A DNA stretch of 64,000 nt from Candidatus Omnitrophota bacterium (GCA_029570205.1 JAKQSI010000093.1:65135-129134); one strand, 5' to 3'; shown: positions 48,137 through 58,583, counted from the stretch's first letter. Notes: generated from the sequence alone by a model not told the origin. Made by a program: numbers and translations.

Positions 48137-51079
48137 GTGCCCGTGTACGAAACCTTACGTCCCTTCTACGAATTTAAGTTCTGGATACTGATCTTTCCTC
48201 TGATCGGTCTGGGTATTTATTTGGTTCTGTTTTCCCGTTCCCATGACGAGCTCTTTGAACGCCTGGCCTTGTTGTTTGGACGTCTGGTGCTTTATTTCGG
48301 CAGTTTTTACGCAACTCTGATCTTTTACACGGGGACTTGGCAACACTATACCACAACCAAGGCGATTTCGTTCGAATTTGTGATCCTGTTGATGCTTGCC
48401 TCCTGGTGGGCGTTAAAAGGCCGCTGGGACCGTCCACGCACGCCGATGTTTATTCCCGCAGCCTGCCTGTTTCTGGTTATATTGGTCACAACCTTTTTCG
48501 CAGTGAATATGGCGGAATCATGGGAGGCGCTGACTCTTTATGGAGCCGCCCTCGCACAGGTGGTTTTACTTACCGTCTTTCTGCGTCGAGTTTCCGATCT
48601 GAGGCTCTTTTGTATCATTTTGAATATCACGACCGTACTGGTGGTTTTATATGCTCTTGGGCAGTGGTTTGACTGGCAGCCGATCTGGAGCGCTGTTGAG
48701 GGACCGAATGCCGAACGATTCACAGCCAAACCCGTTTCGTTTATGGGCAATGAGAACTATGTGGCGGAGTTTCTCAACCTGGCTTTTCCGCTGGCCATTT
48801 CGCTTCTGATCTACTCGTGGGGACACCCGTTCTGGATGGTGATGTATTCCACCATTGTTTGTCTGGTATTGATCGCGTTTTTGTATATCGATTGCAATGC
48901 GAGCTACATGGGATTCGCGGTCGGATTTCCGGTAATGGCATTGATTTTGATCTCGTATCGCGGATTGCCGATTCTTCAACGTCTTAATTTTACCAACCCG
49001 AAATCGGGGAATCCGATCACTTTGGCGGAGCTGCGTTTCTGGTTCCGGCGGGGGGTGTTTGGCCTGGTGTTGGGGTTTTCCGTTCTCGCCGCCGTTCTGG
49101 CTTCCATGGAGAATCCGATTCGCACGCGCGTGGCAAATCTGATCACTTGGGCCGATGTAGACGGCGATTACCAGCCGGATGGGGTTCCCCCCATGATTTT
49201 CCGCCTGGAATGTATGCGAGCCAGCATTTTCAAAACTTATGACAATATATTTACCGGTATCGGTCCGGGCAATTTCAAAATCATCCATCCGGGATATGAG
49301 AGCCAGCTGGAACGGAAACTTCTCGGTAAAGAGACACTGGCACGCAAGGCGCACAATGATTTTCTTCAGCATTCTGCGGAGTTCGGTATTTTCGGGCTTT
49401 TTGCTTATTTCTGGTTGTGGTTGACGGCGTTGTGGTGCGGATTTCGGTCGCTGCCAATTCTGGATTGGGAGCAGGCGGTTCCGGTTTCGGTCGGTCCGAA
49501 GAATCGGCCGTTCTCATTCGATGACCGACGGTTTCTCTTTTATTTCCAGGTCGGAGCGATCACCGGGATGGTTATTGCGCTGGTCAGTTGCAATTTCGGC
49601 CACACATTTGTTTTGCCCGCCGGGGTGATACTGTTCTATTTCGTTGCGGGGTCCTCGGGGCTGGTGTATTCCTGGATTTGTGGTGAGCAGTTGACCCGCC
49701 GGAAAGAGATCAACGTATCCGGTTTTCATTATGCCGCCATTCCGACATACATCCGCTGGCCGGTTCTTCTGGTCGGTGTTCTGCTGTTCACCCCGACGCT
49801 GGTTCGGCAGTTCACGGGGGAGAGTCGCCTTCGTACCGGGATGAACTACCAGGGCCATGGCCGCTACGGGGAGATGTTCGATCATTTCGATAAAGCCATG
49901 AAAGTCTGGCCCTACCAGATGGAAACCTTTTACATCCTGGGCCGGTTTTGCATTGACGCTTTTCAACAGATCGAACTGACACGAAAAGCCTATGAGGATG
50001 AGGCGTTAAAGTATGCGACTGAGCATACATTGACACCGGAACAGCAAGCCCAGCTGAATGCGCTGGTGGATCAGAGAACGGAGGAAGCGCTGTCAACAAA
50101 TTATGGCTTACATGAGAAAGACAAATCTGCGATTGTCGATATGGGAGTCAAGTGCCTTCAGATCGATGTGTTTCTCAATCCGATTTACAAGTGGGCGCAT
50201 AACAACCTGGGGGTGCTGTATGACAAGAAGGGAGCCTTTGAGTTCGCCAAACGCGCTTACAACCGTGTTCTGGAGATCGACTACGAACAGGTTTATGCGC
50301 ATTACAACAACGGATTAGGGTACCTGCGAGAGGCCCAATACGATCGGGCAAAAAAATCTTTTGAAGCAGCCTATGTGTCCAATCCGGAGAACCCGGAAGT
50401 ACTTCAGTATCTCGGTTGCTGCTATTTTCAGCTGGGAGACTATGAGAGCGCGAAAAGCGCTCTGGACCATTTCACTTACAAGAGATGGGATGAGAAAGGG
50501 GAGCCTTGGACACCGGACCCGGATTTGAGACACAGCCTGGCGGCCTGGTATGCCGAAATCGGATCGTATCTGGAAAGTGCGAAAAAGTACGATCAAGCTG
50601 CCGATGCGCTGGTCCGGGCGGCAAGCGCCGGCCTGAATGATTTTACACCGGAACAATGGCGGACTGTTTTGGAACATCTGGCTTTGAACTATTACCAACT
50701 GCGGAAATATGATGATGCGCTGCGGGTGTTCAGGCAGATGCTGGCCAGGGACGATAAAGACAATACCGCCCGCCGATACATCGCTCAGATTTTGAGTATC
50801 CAGGGTAAATACGAGGAGGCTCTCGCCGAGATGCAGCGGGTTACTCAGGATGAGCCGAACGATGGGTTGGCCTGGTTCAACTGTGCCAGTCTCAAAGTTC
50901 CGTTGGAAAAATATGATAATGCCTCCATCATTGCGGATTTAAAGGCGGCCTATGAGAGGAATCCTGAAGTGACTCGAGAACAGCTGAAAATGAATCAGCC
51001 GCTCATCAATCGTCTACAGGGAGATCCCGCTCTCAAGGAGTCCGGTCTGGAGGACCTTTTTGCTCAAATCAGTAAATAA
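48137..51079 (+). CDS. large Wzy_C (O-antigen ligase-like) membrane protein (about 560 aa, at least 12 TM) fused to an approximately 420-aa TPR-repeat domain
   Basis: TM-rich N-terminal half with a large periplasmic loop. C-terminal half has multiple TPR-like repeats (AHNNLGVLYDKKGAFEFAKRAYNRVLEIDYEQVYAHYNNGLGYLREAQYDRAKKSFEAAYVSNPENPEVLQYLGCCYFQLGDYESA...). Confidence 0.6.
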   Translation: MPVYETLRPFYEFKFWILIFPLIGLGIYLVLFSRSHDELFERLALLFGRLVLYFGSFYATLIFYTGTWQHYTTTKAISFEFVILLMLASWWALKGRWDRPRTPMFIPAACLFLVILVTTFFAVNMAESWEALTLYGAALAQVVLLTVFLRRVSDLRLFCIILNITTVLVVLYALGQWFDWQPIWSAVEGPNAERFTAKPVSFMGNENYVAEFLNLAFPLAISLLIYSWGHPFWMVMYSTIVCLVLIAFLYIDCNASYMGFAVGFPVMALILISYRGLPILQRLNFTNPKSGNPITLAELRFWFRRGVFGLVLGFSVLAAVLASMENPIRTRVANLITWADVDGDYQPDGVPPMIFRLECMRASIFKTYDNIFTGIGPGNFKIIHPGYESQLERKLLGKETLARKAHNDFLQHSAEFGIFGLFAYFWLWLTALWCGFRSLPILDWEQAVPVSVGPKNRPFSFDDRRFLFYFQVGAITGMVIALVSCNFGHTFVLPAGVILFYFVAGSSGLVYSWICGEQLTRRKEINVSGFHYAAIPTYIRWPVLLVGVLLFTPTLVRQFTGESRLRTGMNYQGHGRYGEMFDHFDKAMKVWPYQMETFYILGRFCIDAFQQIELTRKAYEDEALKYATEHTLTPEQQAQLNALVDQRTEEALSTNYGLHEKDKSAIVDMGVKCLQIDVFLNPIYKWAHNNLGVLYDKKGAFEFAKRAYNRVLEIDYEQVYAHYNNGLGYLREAQYDRAKKSFEAAYVSNPENPEVLQYLGCCYFQLGDYESAKSALDHFTYKRWDEKGEPWTPDPDLRHSLAAWYAEIGSYLESAKKYDQAADALVRAASAGLNDFTPEQWRTVLEHLALNYYQLRKYDDALRVFRQMLARDDKDNTARRYIAQILSIQGKYEEALAEMQRVTQDEPNDGLAWFNCASLKVPLEKYDNASIIADLKAAYERNPEVTREQLKMNQPLINRLQGDPALKESGLEDLFAQISK

Positions 51080-51295
51080 GAATCTATCCGGGTTCGATTC
51101 TGGTCCCCGACCTCCCGACATCATTTGAGATGAATTGCGATGGCGAATGCTTTCGATCCTTGTCGAAAAGAGTCATTCTGCTGTAAAGTCCACTTAAAAT
51201 TTTCCGATTATCTATAACGATTTCTGCGCAGAGCAACCGGCGGACGGACAAAATGTCTGCCCGGGAATAAGCAACCAACAGAAAGGAGATTGCTT

Positions 51296-51931
51296 ATGAG
51301 CGCTTCGTCCAATTGTGAAGAGGTCCTTACCATGATTGGACAGAAAACCCTGATTCGTCCTTTGGAGCATGCAGACTGCGACCGGATTGCCTCCTGGAAA
51401 CCGATTGTCGATCCGTTGATGGCATTGTATGTGATTCCGAAGCGTGATCGGGCCGGCTGGGACCGATGGTTCCAGGAATGCACGCAAGAAACGGAAAATC
51501 GGGCCTTTGCAATCGACTCCAGCGATCGGGAGTTTATCGGGTTTATCCTGCTGACAAAGATCAATGCCACAGCGGGCAGCGCGGATATTCACGTCCAGAT
51601 CGATCCGGACCGGTTCGGCCAGGGGCTGGCGACGGATGGCCTGCGAACGTTTCTGGAGATTTATTTCGGCAAATGGAATCGCGAGACATTGACTGTGCCG
51701 CTGCCGTGCTACCATACAGCGGGACGTCGTTTTGTTCAGGCCAACTCGTTTGTTCTGAAGGAGCGTGTTTGGCGGCCCGAGCCGAGAGGAATGGACGTGT
51801 TTTCGATGCCCGCTCTGGCTCCTTATCGCCGGTTCTTTCGCGTTGTTTCCAATAAGACCGAGGCGCAATGGTCGGTTATGGAACTCAGCCGCCTGTGCTG
51901 GCTCAGTAAGCGGGAAACCTGGAAATCCTAA
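51296..51931 (+). CDS. GNAT-family N-acetyltransferase (tentative)
   Basis: About 210 aa. FIGFILLTKINATAGSADIHVQIDPDRFGQGLATDGL resembles GNAT motif A (Q/R-x-x-G-x-G/A). AAAGGAG RBS 7 nt upstream of the ATG at 51296. Confidence 0.45.
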   Translation: MSASSNCEEVLTMIGQKTLIRPLEHADCDRIASWKPIVDPLMALYVIPKRDRAGWDRWFQECTQETENRAFAIDSSDREFIGFILLTKINATAGSADIHVQIDPDRFGQGLATDGLRTFLEIYFGKWNRETLTVPLPCYHTAGRRFVQANSFVLKERVWRPEPRGMDVFSMPALAPYRRFFRVVSNKTEAQWSVMELSRLCWLSKRETWKS

Positions 51932-51966
51932 TCGTCTGAAACTTCGCCCTCCGTAACCGGGTAGCG

Positions 51967-52794
51967 TTACCGTTGGGCGGAATCGCCTGCCGGTCGGGCG
52001 TAACAGTACCGACACGCATGAGGGCACTCCATCCAATAGCTGCCGATATCGACCGAACGGGTACAGCCGCAACTCCCGCGCTGCCCGGTATCTTTTCTTT
52101 CATCACAGGGTTCTCCCGCCAGTTGAGACAGCAGGACGCCATCGATGCAATGCGCCTGTTGAATACCTTCGATCCCGATGATTTCGGGATTACAGCAATT
52201 CGCCGGAGTGATGCCGAACTTCTGCAGAGTGCGGGATAGATTCGAGGCTACCTCGATCTTCCTCTCCAACGGCGGGTCGTGAAACTCAATCCCCAGCCGC
52301 TGTCCTCGCGAGCGGGTTTTGCTGTAGTGAGTCATGAAGGAAAAGGTACATCGGTTGATTCCGCAGGAGGCGGCTGTTTCTGCGATACGTTCAAGCCCCG
52401 ACAGGTTGTTTCGTTGTCCGTTATCCCAGAAGACAATCGGATCGAATCGCCACGAAATCCGTTCCGGTCCCCACCGACCGGCCAATGCTTTCAATTGTTC
52501 AAGGCGTTGTGTGAGCGGAGGCACGTTCGGTTCCAGTATGGGACAATCGTTGAGAGTGAACTGAAAGAAGAGACGGTATCGGTCCCATCGATTCGCATCT
52601 CGCAACAGGCGGCTGAAATCTTTGGACCAGAAAACGATTGTGTGGACCTCATCGGGGGCCAGATTCACCTCATAAGTGCCCCGGTTATATGGCCGGGAGA
52701 CAATAGCTTTGCCGGAGCGAAATGATTCCACAAGCCAGTCATAGAAATGGGCGGGGAGATCGGTTCTGCGGGAAGCGGAGATTAGGGTTTTCAT
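51967..52794 (-). CDS. DUF1848-like hypothetical protein with a Cys-rich C-terminus
   Basis: ISASRRTD N-terminus and C-terminal GSCGCTRSVDIGSYWMECPHACRYCYA cysteine cluster, as I recall the DUF1848 family. Confidence 0.45.
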   Translation of the reverse strand: MKTLISASRRTDLPAHFYDWLVESFRSGKAIVSRPYNRGTYEVNLAPDEVHTIVFWSKDFSRLLRDANRWDRYRLFFQFTLNDCPILEPNVPPLTQRLEQLKALAGRWGPERISWRFDPIVFWDNGQRNNLSGLERIAETAASCGINRCTFSFMTHYSKTRSRGQRLGIEFHDPPLERKIEVASNLSRTLQKFGITPANCCNPEIIGIEGIQQAHCIDGVLLSQLAGEPCDERKDTGQRGSCGCTRSVDIGSYWMECPHACRYCYARPAGDSAQR

Positions 52795-53022
52795 GGAGAA
52801 GGTCTCAGCGGAAAAAGGTCAAGTGTTGTTTGAAGAACCATCCGTCCGATGCGCACGCGGCCCGGAATTTCCCTCACCTCTACCCTTTCCCGATGGGAGA
52901 GGAAGAAGAGAGCATCTGCAGTGGGCGCAGGGGCAATTCATGAATTGCCCCTGCGAGGAGCAAGAGGGAGAAGATGAGCCTCGCCCTCCCCAATTGAATC
53001 AAATTATTTTCCGAAGACCAAG

Positions 53023-54405
53023 TTAAAAGACTTTGCCGGGATTCAGGAGTCCTTTCGGATCAAAAACTTTTTTGATCCGGCGCATTATCTCCATTCCGCC
53101 TTCGCCGATCATGGCGGGCAGAAACCGCTTTTTCGCAATCCCGACGCCGTGCTCGCCGGTGATGGTTCCGCCGAGTTCAATGGCTTTTTGAAAGATCTCT
53201 TCGGCGGCCTTGTGGACTTGCAGCATCTCTTCCCGATTTCGCTCATCGGTAAGGAATGTCGGATGCAGGTTGCCGTCGCCCACATGCCCGAATACGCCCA
53301 CTCGGAGTTTGTATTTCTGCGCGACGGACTGGATGAAAGCGATCATGTCGGCCAGTTCGCTGCGCGGAACAGTAGCATCTTCCAGGATGGTGGTGGGGCT
53401 GACCCGCGCCAGGGAAGAGAGCGCAGCCCGTCGCGCCTCGACCAGTTGATCGGCCTCGGCATCGGAGGTCGCCACGGAAATCTGAGATGCGCCATGGGCC
53501 ATGCACGATCCCCGCGCGGCCTCGATTTCATCGCGAATCTGCTGCGGATGACCATCCACCTGGATCAGAAGCAGGGCGGCCTTGTCTCTCAAGAGTCCCA
53601 GTTTCGCGTTGTCCTCGACGCAGTTGATTACGGTATTGTCCAGAAACTCCAGCGTGCAGGGGATGATTCCGTTTGCCACAATCCGAGTAACAGCCCCCCC
53701 CGCATCGACCAGGGAGTCGAAGAAAACCAGCATGGTCGCGGTTGCAGCGGGTTTCGGGCGCAGAGAGACCAGAATCCTGGTGACAATCCCCAGCGTTCCC
53801 TCGGAACCGGCGAACAGGCGGGTCAGGTCGTAACCGGCCACGTCTTTTTTGGCTTTGCCGCCGGTTTTCAGAATGGAACCGTCGGGCAAAACGACCTCCA
53901 GTCCCATCAGGTAGTCTCGCGTTACTCCATATTTGAAACAACGCAGGCCACCCGCATTCTCGGCTACATTTCCACCCAGTGTGGAGATTTTCATAGAGCC
54001 GGGGTCCGGCGGATAAAACAAACCCAGTTTCTCAACCGCTGCCGCCAGGTTTGCCGTAATGACTCCCGGTTCGGCCAGCGCGGTCAGATTAACCGTGTCG
54101 ATTTCGAGGATCTTGTCCATTCTCACCGTCTGGAGAACCAGGCCGTTCTCCACGGGAACACAACCGCCCGACAGACCGGTCCCCGATCCTCGAGGGATGA
54201 TGGGAACATCGTTTGAGTAAGCGTACCGAATGACTTGCGCCACCTCTTCGGTAGTAACCGGTTGAACGATGGCGAGAGGAGGGATATTGAATCCCGGAGT
54301 ACCGTCATACGCATAGGTGGTCAAATCTTCGGGGGAATGATGGACATGATCGGAGCCAACGATGGATTTCAGATGATCGATAAACTGCTGACGGGTGACT
54401 TCCAT
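53023..54405 (-). CDS. FAD-linked oxidase (glycolate oxidase GlcD / D-lactate dehydrogenase family)
   Basis: FAD-binding PCMH domain PRGSGTGLSGGCVP and a C-terminal FAD-oxidase_C domain. The start is either 54441 or 54405. Confidence 0.85.
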   Translation of the reverse strand: MEVTRQQFIDHLKSIVGSDHVHHSPEDLTTYAYDGTPGFNIPPLAIVQPVTTEEVAQVIRYAYSNDVPIIPRGSGTGLSGGCVPVENGLVLQTVRMDKILEIDTVNLTALAEPGVITANLAAAVEKLGLFYPPDPGSMKISTLGGNVAENAGGLRCFKYGVTRDYLMGLEVVLPDGSILKTGGKAKKDVAGYDLTRLFAGSEGTLGIVTRILVSLRPKPAATATMLVFFDSLVDAGGAVTRIVANGIIPCTLEFLDNTVINCVEDNAKLGLLRDKAALLLIQVDGHPQQIRDEIEAARGSCMAHGASQISVATSDAEADQLVEARRAALSSLARVSPTTILEDATVPRSELADMIAFIQSVAQKYKLRVGVFGHVGDGNLHPTFLTDERNREEMLQVHKAAEEIFQKAIELGGTITGEHGVGIAKKRFLPAMIGEGGMEIMRRIKKVFDPKGLLNPGKVF

Positions 54406-54490
54406 GGCAGCCTCATAAGATTCAAATGAGATACGACACATCTTATCGCATTTCTCACGAATGATTCATGGGAGAGGTCGGAGGAACAGT

Positions 54491-56953
54491 TCAGCGGGAG
54501 AAGGTTACTCGATGATTGCTCTTGTGAGGAACCAGCCATGTCTCTCCCTGCCGGGCGGAGAATAGATCGGAAGCGTAGTAAGACCCTTTGATGGAACAGT
54601 CTTCCGCGAAAACCATCATTCTGCCCAGATAACTGACTGTGACAGGACTCTCGGCTCCATAAACCAGCTCGAGCAAAGAGCCTTTCCGCAACGAGGGAGT
54701 GGCGTAGAGGTACGTCCCCTCAAGGAGAAAATATGCCACACGATTATGGTCGGTATCCCAGGAAACCACGGCCAGTTTGCCGTCCGTTTCGATTGTCGGT
54801 CCGCGGACCCCCTCCCCCGAATCGGCGACAATGACATCATGCCCCTTGATCCCCCAGGGGATGCGGATTCCATGTCCTTTTTCGAGTTTCATCTGCTCGA
54901 ATGAAAACCACGCGTTATCCAGGGTGTCGGTCATGACCAGGTGAAACGCGGAGTTGCCGAGCATCGGCTGCATACACTCCAGCATCCGGTCCTGACCATC
55001 GCGAATCACATCGGCTTGAACTCTGTCGCCGGAGGAAAACACAATACGCAGATGGGCTGTCTGGGAAATGGCCGACATGTGAGTCGGTTGACCTTTCTTG
55101 CCCGTATCGATCCGAATCGGATGCGTAATGGCGATCACCCGTGGGACCTCCGTTACCCCCTTGATTTCTTCCTCCGATTCGATGGGAACCAGGATCGAGT
55201 GGCTTGCCGTGGCTTCGGACACGCCGCGAACCAGCGACACAAAATAGGGCAGCCCCAGGGACTTGTCCGTTCGATAGAACGATATCCACTCCAAGTCATT
55301 CTGTTTTTGGGCGCATACGAGTTGCCCGTCCGCTACGAACGATTTTGAAGAAAACACTTCCCCAGAACCTTTCGCGGACATATCGACTCCCTGGAATATC
55401 CTTCGCTGAATATTCTTGAACGAGAGATAATCCCCCACCGCTACTCCGTCCGCTGTCAGTTCCCGGGCAAGGAAGAAATCTTCGGATTCATCGGATTGGA
55501 GGATAATAAGCGGCTGTTTGTTGCTGGCGAGGATTTTGGCGGAGCCTTTTGATCGTGTAAGTTTTTTTGGCGATTCCTCTCGCCACCATGCAAGCGAGGC
55601 CGGATGGCTTGCGGTTTCCATACCGCCGTTTTCCCAGATTTCCATGGAATAAGGATCGCCGGTATTCGCTAGAGAAAGCAGGACCGGCCCAATGGCCGAG
55701 GGTCTTCCGCTCCTGCCGGGCGGGAACCAGCCCCCGGAGGGAGTAGGAGTGGGAGTCGCTTCCGGTTTGGGATGGTATAACCGCCAGAGCCACCTGGCGT
55801 ATTCTCCTCTCTGCAACGCGGATTTCGGGGTTGTTCTCGGCTGCGGTGCGAGGAGAGAGGTTGGAGTGGGCGTCGGGGTGGAAGGGCCGGGTTCTTTGGC
55901 GTCACCTTCTTCCCAGAAGATGTTTCTTGTTCCCGGAGGCCAGGTCCGGGGGTCGTCCGGCGCCGGGTTCCCCTGTTCCGTTAGCCGTATGATAAGCGGC
56001 TGATCGGGAATCTTCTGTCTCCGAATGGTTTCCGTGATGCGGTCGCGGGGAATATAGTTCGGCAGATTGGGGCCACCGACCCGGCGGACCGCATCCGCGA
56101 AAACAAGACTGTAGAACATGGGATACTCCAGATCCTCCAGGGAAGTATCGGATGAATCCGATGTGTTCCAGGATTGAAGAAGCCATTCCACGGCTTGAAT
56201 CATGTCGGCGGTGAATTCGCGGTAGTCTTTCTTCTCGTAGAGGCTCTTGTCTTGATCTGCCGCCGCTGCCGAACAGAACAGGGTAATCAGTCCGAAACAG
56301 GCCGATGTCTGCATCCGTTGGTCCACGGTCAGGTTCATCGGATTGGTTTGTCGAAACTGCTCGGAAAGGACGGCGTGTTCCCGGCCGAATTGCTCGAGAA
56401 GGGGGCCACGCTCTTTTTTCTCCAGGGATCCCACCAACAGATCGCAGGACAGCAGAACGGTTGCCAGCAATTCGCTTGATTTCGGCAGGAGGTCAGGAAT
56501 GAGCGGGGTTGTCTGAAGATCGTTGAGTGCGCGTCGTATCAGGAAAAGCCCATTATTACAAGTGTGCTGTTTATGCTCGATATAACCGGAGAAAGCCGTA
56601 TCGAGCATAACGCCACAGAAATAATGAATGATCTGTGGATCCGATTCGAGCAAAGAAAGGGGCGTATTGGTTTCCCAGAGGACCGCCCCCAGGTAAGACG
56701 GATTCTTCGGGTCGGCATAGGATTCCACGCGCTCGGACAAAGCGGCGCGCAGCGAATCAAGATCGTCGGCTTTCACCAGTTTGCGCACAGTTTCCCTGTC
56801 TGTGAAGAGAAACGGTGAATCCACTCGATCCTGCCATCGCAGCAAACGTCGGATGTGATTCTGGATATCCGAGGAAACAAACTGCGCCCCTGCTCCGGTG
56901 ACGGTCACGAGGCAGAGAATCAAGCATAGAATGGATGCTGCGGCGGATTTCAT
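54491..56953 (-). CDS. large exported hypothetical protein (820 aa), possibly polysaccharide-lyase/heparinase II/III-like (very tentative)
   Basis: Signal peptide MKSAAASILCLILCLVTVTGAGA. Helical N-terminal half, PTPTPT linker, beta-rich C-terminal half. No catalytic motif recognised. Confidence 0.4.
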   Translation of the reverse strand: MKSAAASILCLILCLVTVTGAGAQFVSSDIQNHIRRLLRWQDRVDSPFLFTDRETVRKLVKADDLDSLRAALSERVESYADPKNPSYLGAVLWETNTPLSLLESDPQIIHYFCGVMLDTAFSGYIEHKQHTCNNGLFLIRRALNDLQTTPLIPDLLPKSSELLATVLLSCDLLVGSLEKKERGPLLEQFGREHAVLSEQFRQTNPMNLTVDQRMQTSACFGLITLFCSAAAADQDKSLYEKKDYREFTADMIQAVEWLLQSWNTSDSSDTSLEDLEYPMFYSLVFADAVRRVGGPNLPNYIPRDRITETIRRQKIPDQPLIIRLTEQGNPAPDDPRTWPPGTRNIFWEEGDAKEPGPSTPTPTPTSLLAPQPRTTPKSALQRGEYARWLWRLYHPKPEATPTPTPSGGWFPPGRSGRPSAIGPVLLSLANTGDPYSMEIWENGGMETASHPASLAWWREESPKKLTRSKGSAKILASNKQPLIILQSDESEDFFLARELTADGVAVGDYLSFKNIQRRIFQGVDMSAKGSGEVFSSKSFVADGQLVCAQKQNDLEWISFYRTDKSLGLPYFVSLVRGVSEATASHSILVPIESEEEIKGVTEVPRVIAITHPIRIDTGKKGQPTHMSAISQTAHLRIVFSSGDRVQADVIRDGQDRMLECMQPMLGNSAFHLVMTDTLDNAWFSFEQMKLEKGHGIRIPWGIKGHDVIVADSGEGVRGPTIETDGKLAVVSWDTDHNRVAYFLLEGTYLYATPSLRKGSLLELVYGAESPVTVSYLGRMMVFAEDCSIKGSYYASDLFSARQGETWLVPHKSNHRVTFSR

Positions 56954-57083
56954 TTTTCAGACTTAGACAATGGGATACAGATATTCTGCGGGTGGGGATT
57001 GGACGGGAAAAGGGAGACCGCAAACAACTACGCCCTGTGTGAACCGGGCACAGTTGCGGATGTCTGCACAGCCCCTTCAAAAA

Positions 57084-58526
57084 TCAAGCCTCTTCGATCA
57101 GTTCAAATCCCATCAGGTCGTTCAACGTTCTGACGGATTGTTTGTGATCGCCATAGAAGGTTACGCGGTGCCAGCCCCAGCGATCCCATTCCGAAAGCAG
57201 TTTGTTGATATCCCCTTTGACTTCTGCGGCCAGCTTGTTCCGACAGGCCTTGTCTTCATCGATGTTTTCGACCGTGACACCCTGGTGAAAAATAATCTGC
57301 TTCCGCGAAGAGCTGATCTCCAGAGTGGTCACCGTCTCGCCGAGAGGCATGAGTGAGCGGACACACGCGCCCTTTCGGTCTTCCGAGTGGGAACGAATGT
57401 GATAGGGGTTGCTCTTGCCATTCGGCCCGAACACCTTGGTGGGGGCCACGCAGTGCGCGTAGATGATCCGGTTCTTGGAAGTGTCGATGACCGGATCGGA
57501 GATGTATCCCGGAACCCCCGCCAGATAGGTCATCATCAGCATGGTGAGCGTCGAGGGCAAATCGCCCTCGCAGGCCCCCACATACCCGTCATTGTTCAGT
57601 TGCGTAAATCCCATGCAGGGATAAGCGGACAGTTTTCCACCGTAGAACAGGCCCAGGCAGTCTACGGCGATCGCCTGCGCGCCGTATTGCTGCATGACAT
57701 CCCACATCGCAAGGTAGAAGGCAGCGGATTTTTCAATATCCTCCGGGGTCGGCTCGACTACTTTTTTGGCCTTTCGAGTCCAGAACCTGGCCCATTTCGC
57801 GGCCTCTTTCCGGTCCGCCTTCTCATAAGCCGCATTCATTTCCGGCGACTTGACCTGAAGAATCTTGACCCCGAACACATCGCGGATGGCATCGACATCC
57901 CCCCGCAGTTTTTCCCGGTCGGTGACATCCACAATGGTGGAGGCTTGCAGCTTCTTGATGCACTCGAAGCATTTCACACCCCGGACAACATCCTCGAAAC
58001 GGGAGGAGGAGACATACGCCACCCTTTGCTTGTTTCTTTTTGCAGCCGAATACGCCGTGAGAAATTCGCCGGACCCGCCGTAAAGATCATCGACAAACAG
58101 AGTGGGTTTGCCGGATGCCCCGATTACCTGGGGAGCGCCGGTCCAGATACCGAGCATGTACACGATGTATCCGTCAATATTTTCCCCGCTCTTGACCAGG
58201 TTTTCGGCTTCTGTGCCGTTCTGTACGGTCACCGGGAGAAACTCGACTGCCGGGCAGGCTTCCTGGAGTTTTGCGGTCAATTCCGCCTTGCGGCCTTCAT
58301 AATCGTAACCGATATTCGGCCAGGTGGGTGTATCGGGAGAAATGTGGGTGAAGACCAGGCGAAGCCGGGGCCTGGCGCCACAGATCTCGGCCCGGCATTC
58401 CCCGGCGAGTGACGGGCTTCCTCCCAGAGCGAACATGGATGCACACGCCGCACATCCCGCCATGAATTCACGTCGGTCCACACAATACGGTTGACTTGTA
58501 CGAACGAGATCTTTCTGAGAATTCAT
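57084..58526 (-). CDS. exported hypothetical protein with a Tat-type signal peptide (480 aa)
   Basis: RREFMAGCAACASMFALGGSPSLA is a twin-arginine motif followed by an h-region. No known domain recognised. Confidence 0.4.
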   Translation of the reverse strand: MNSQKDLVRTSQPYCVDRREFMAGCAACASMFALGGSPSLAGECRAEICGARPRLRLVFTHISPDTPTWPNIGYDYEGRKAELTAKLQEACPAVEFLPVTVQNGTEAENLVKSGENIDGYIVYMLGIWTGAPQVIGASGKPTLFVDDLYGGSGEFLTAYSAAKRNKQRVAYVSSSRFEDVVRGVKCFECIKKLQASTIVDVTDREKLRGDVDAIRDVFGVKILQVKSPEMNAAYEKADRKEAAKWARFWTRKAKKVVEPTPEDIEKSAAFYLAMWDVMQQYGAQAIAVDCLGLFYGGKLSAYPCMGFTQLNNDGYVGACEGDLPSTLTMLMMTYLAGVPGYISDPVIDTSKNRIIYAHCVAPTKVFGPNGKSNPYHIRSHSEDRKGACVRSLMPLGETVTTLEISSSRKQIIFHQGVTVENIDEDKACRNKLAAEVKGDINKLLSEWDRWGWHRVTFYGDHKQSVRTLNDLMGFELIEEA

Positions 58527-58583
58527 TCTTTGTTCCTCCGATTCGGATGCCGGATGACGTATTCGAATGCACAGTATGCCTTA

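Noticed and set aside
51088-51118. T-loop-like motif CCGGGTTCGATTCTGGTCCCCGACCTCC right after the stop of the 980-aa gene (possible tRNA or tmRNA 3' end, or att site)
   Set aside because: The flanks cannot form a T-stem or acceptor stem, and no D or anticodon arm lies upstream (that region is coding). It could at most be a decayed tRNA remnant. No integrase is nearby.
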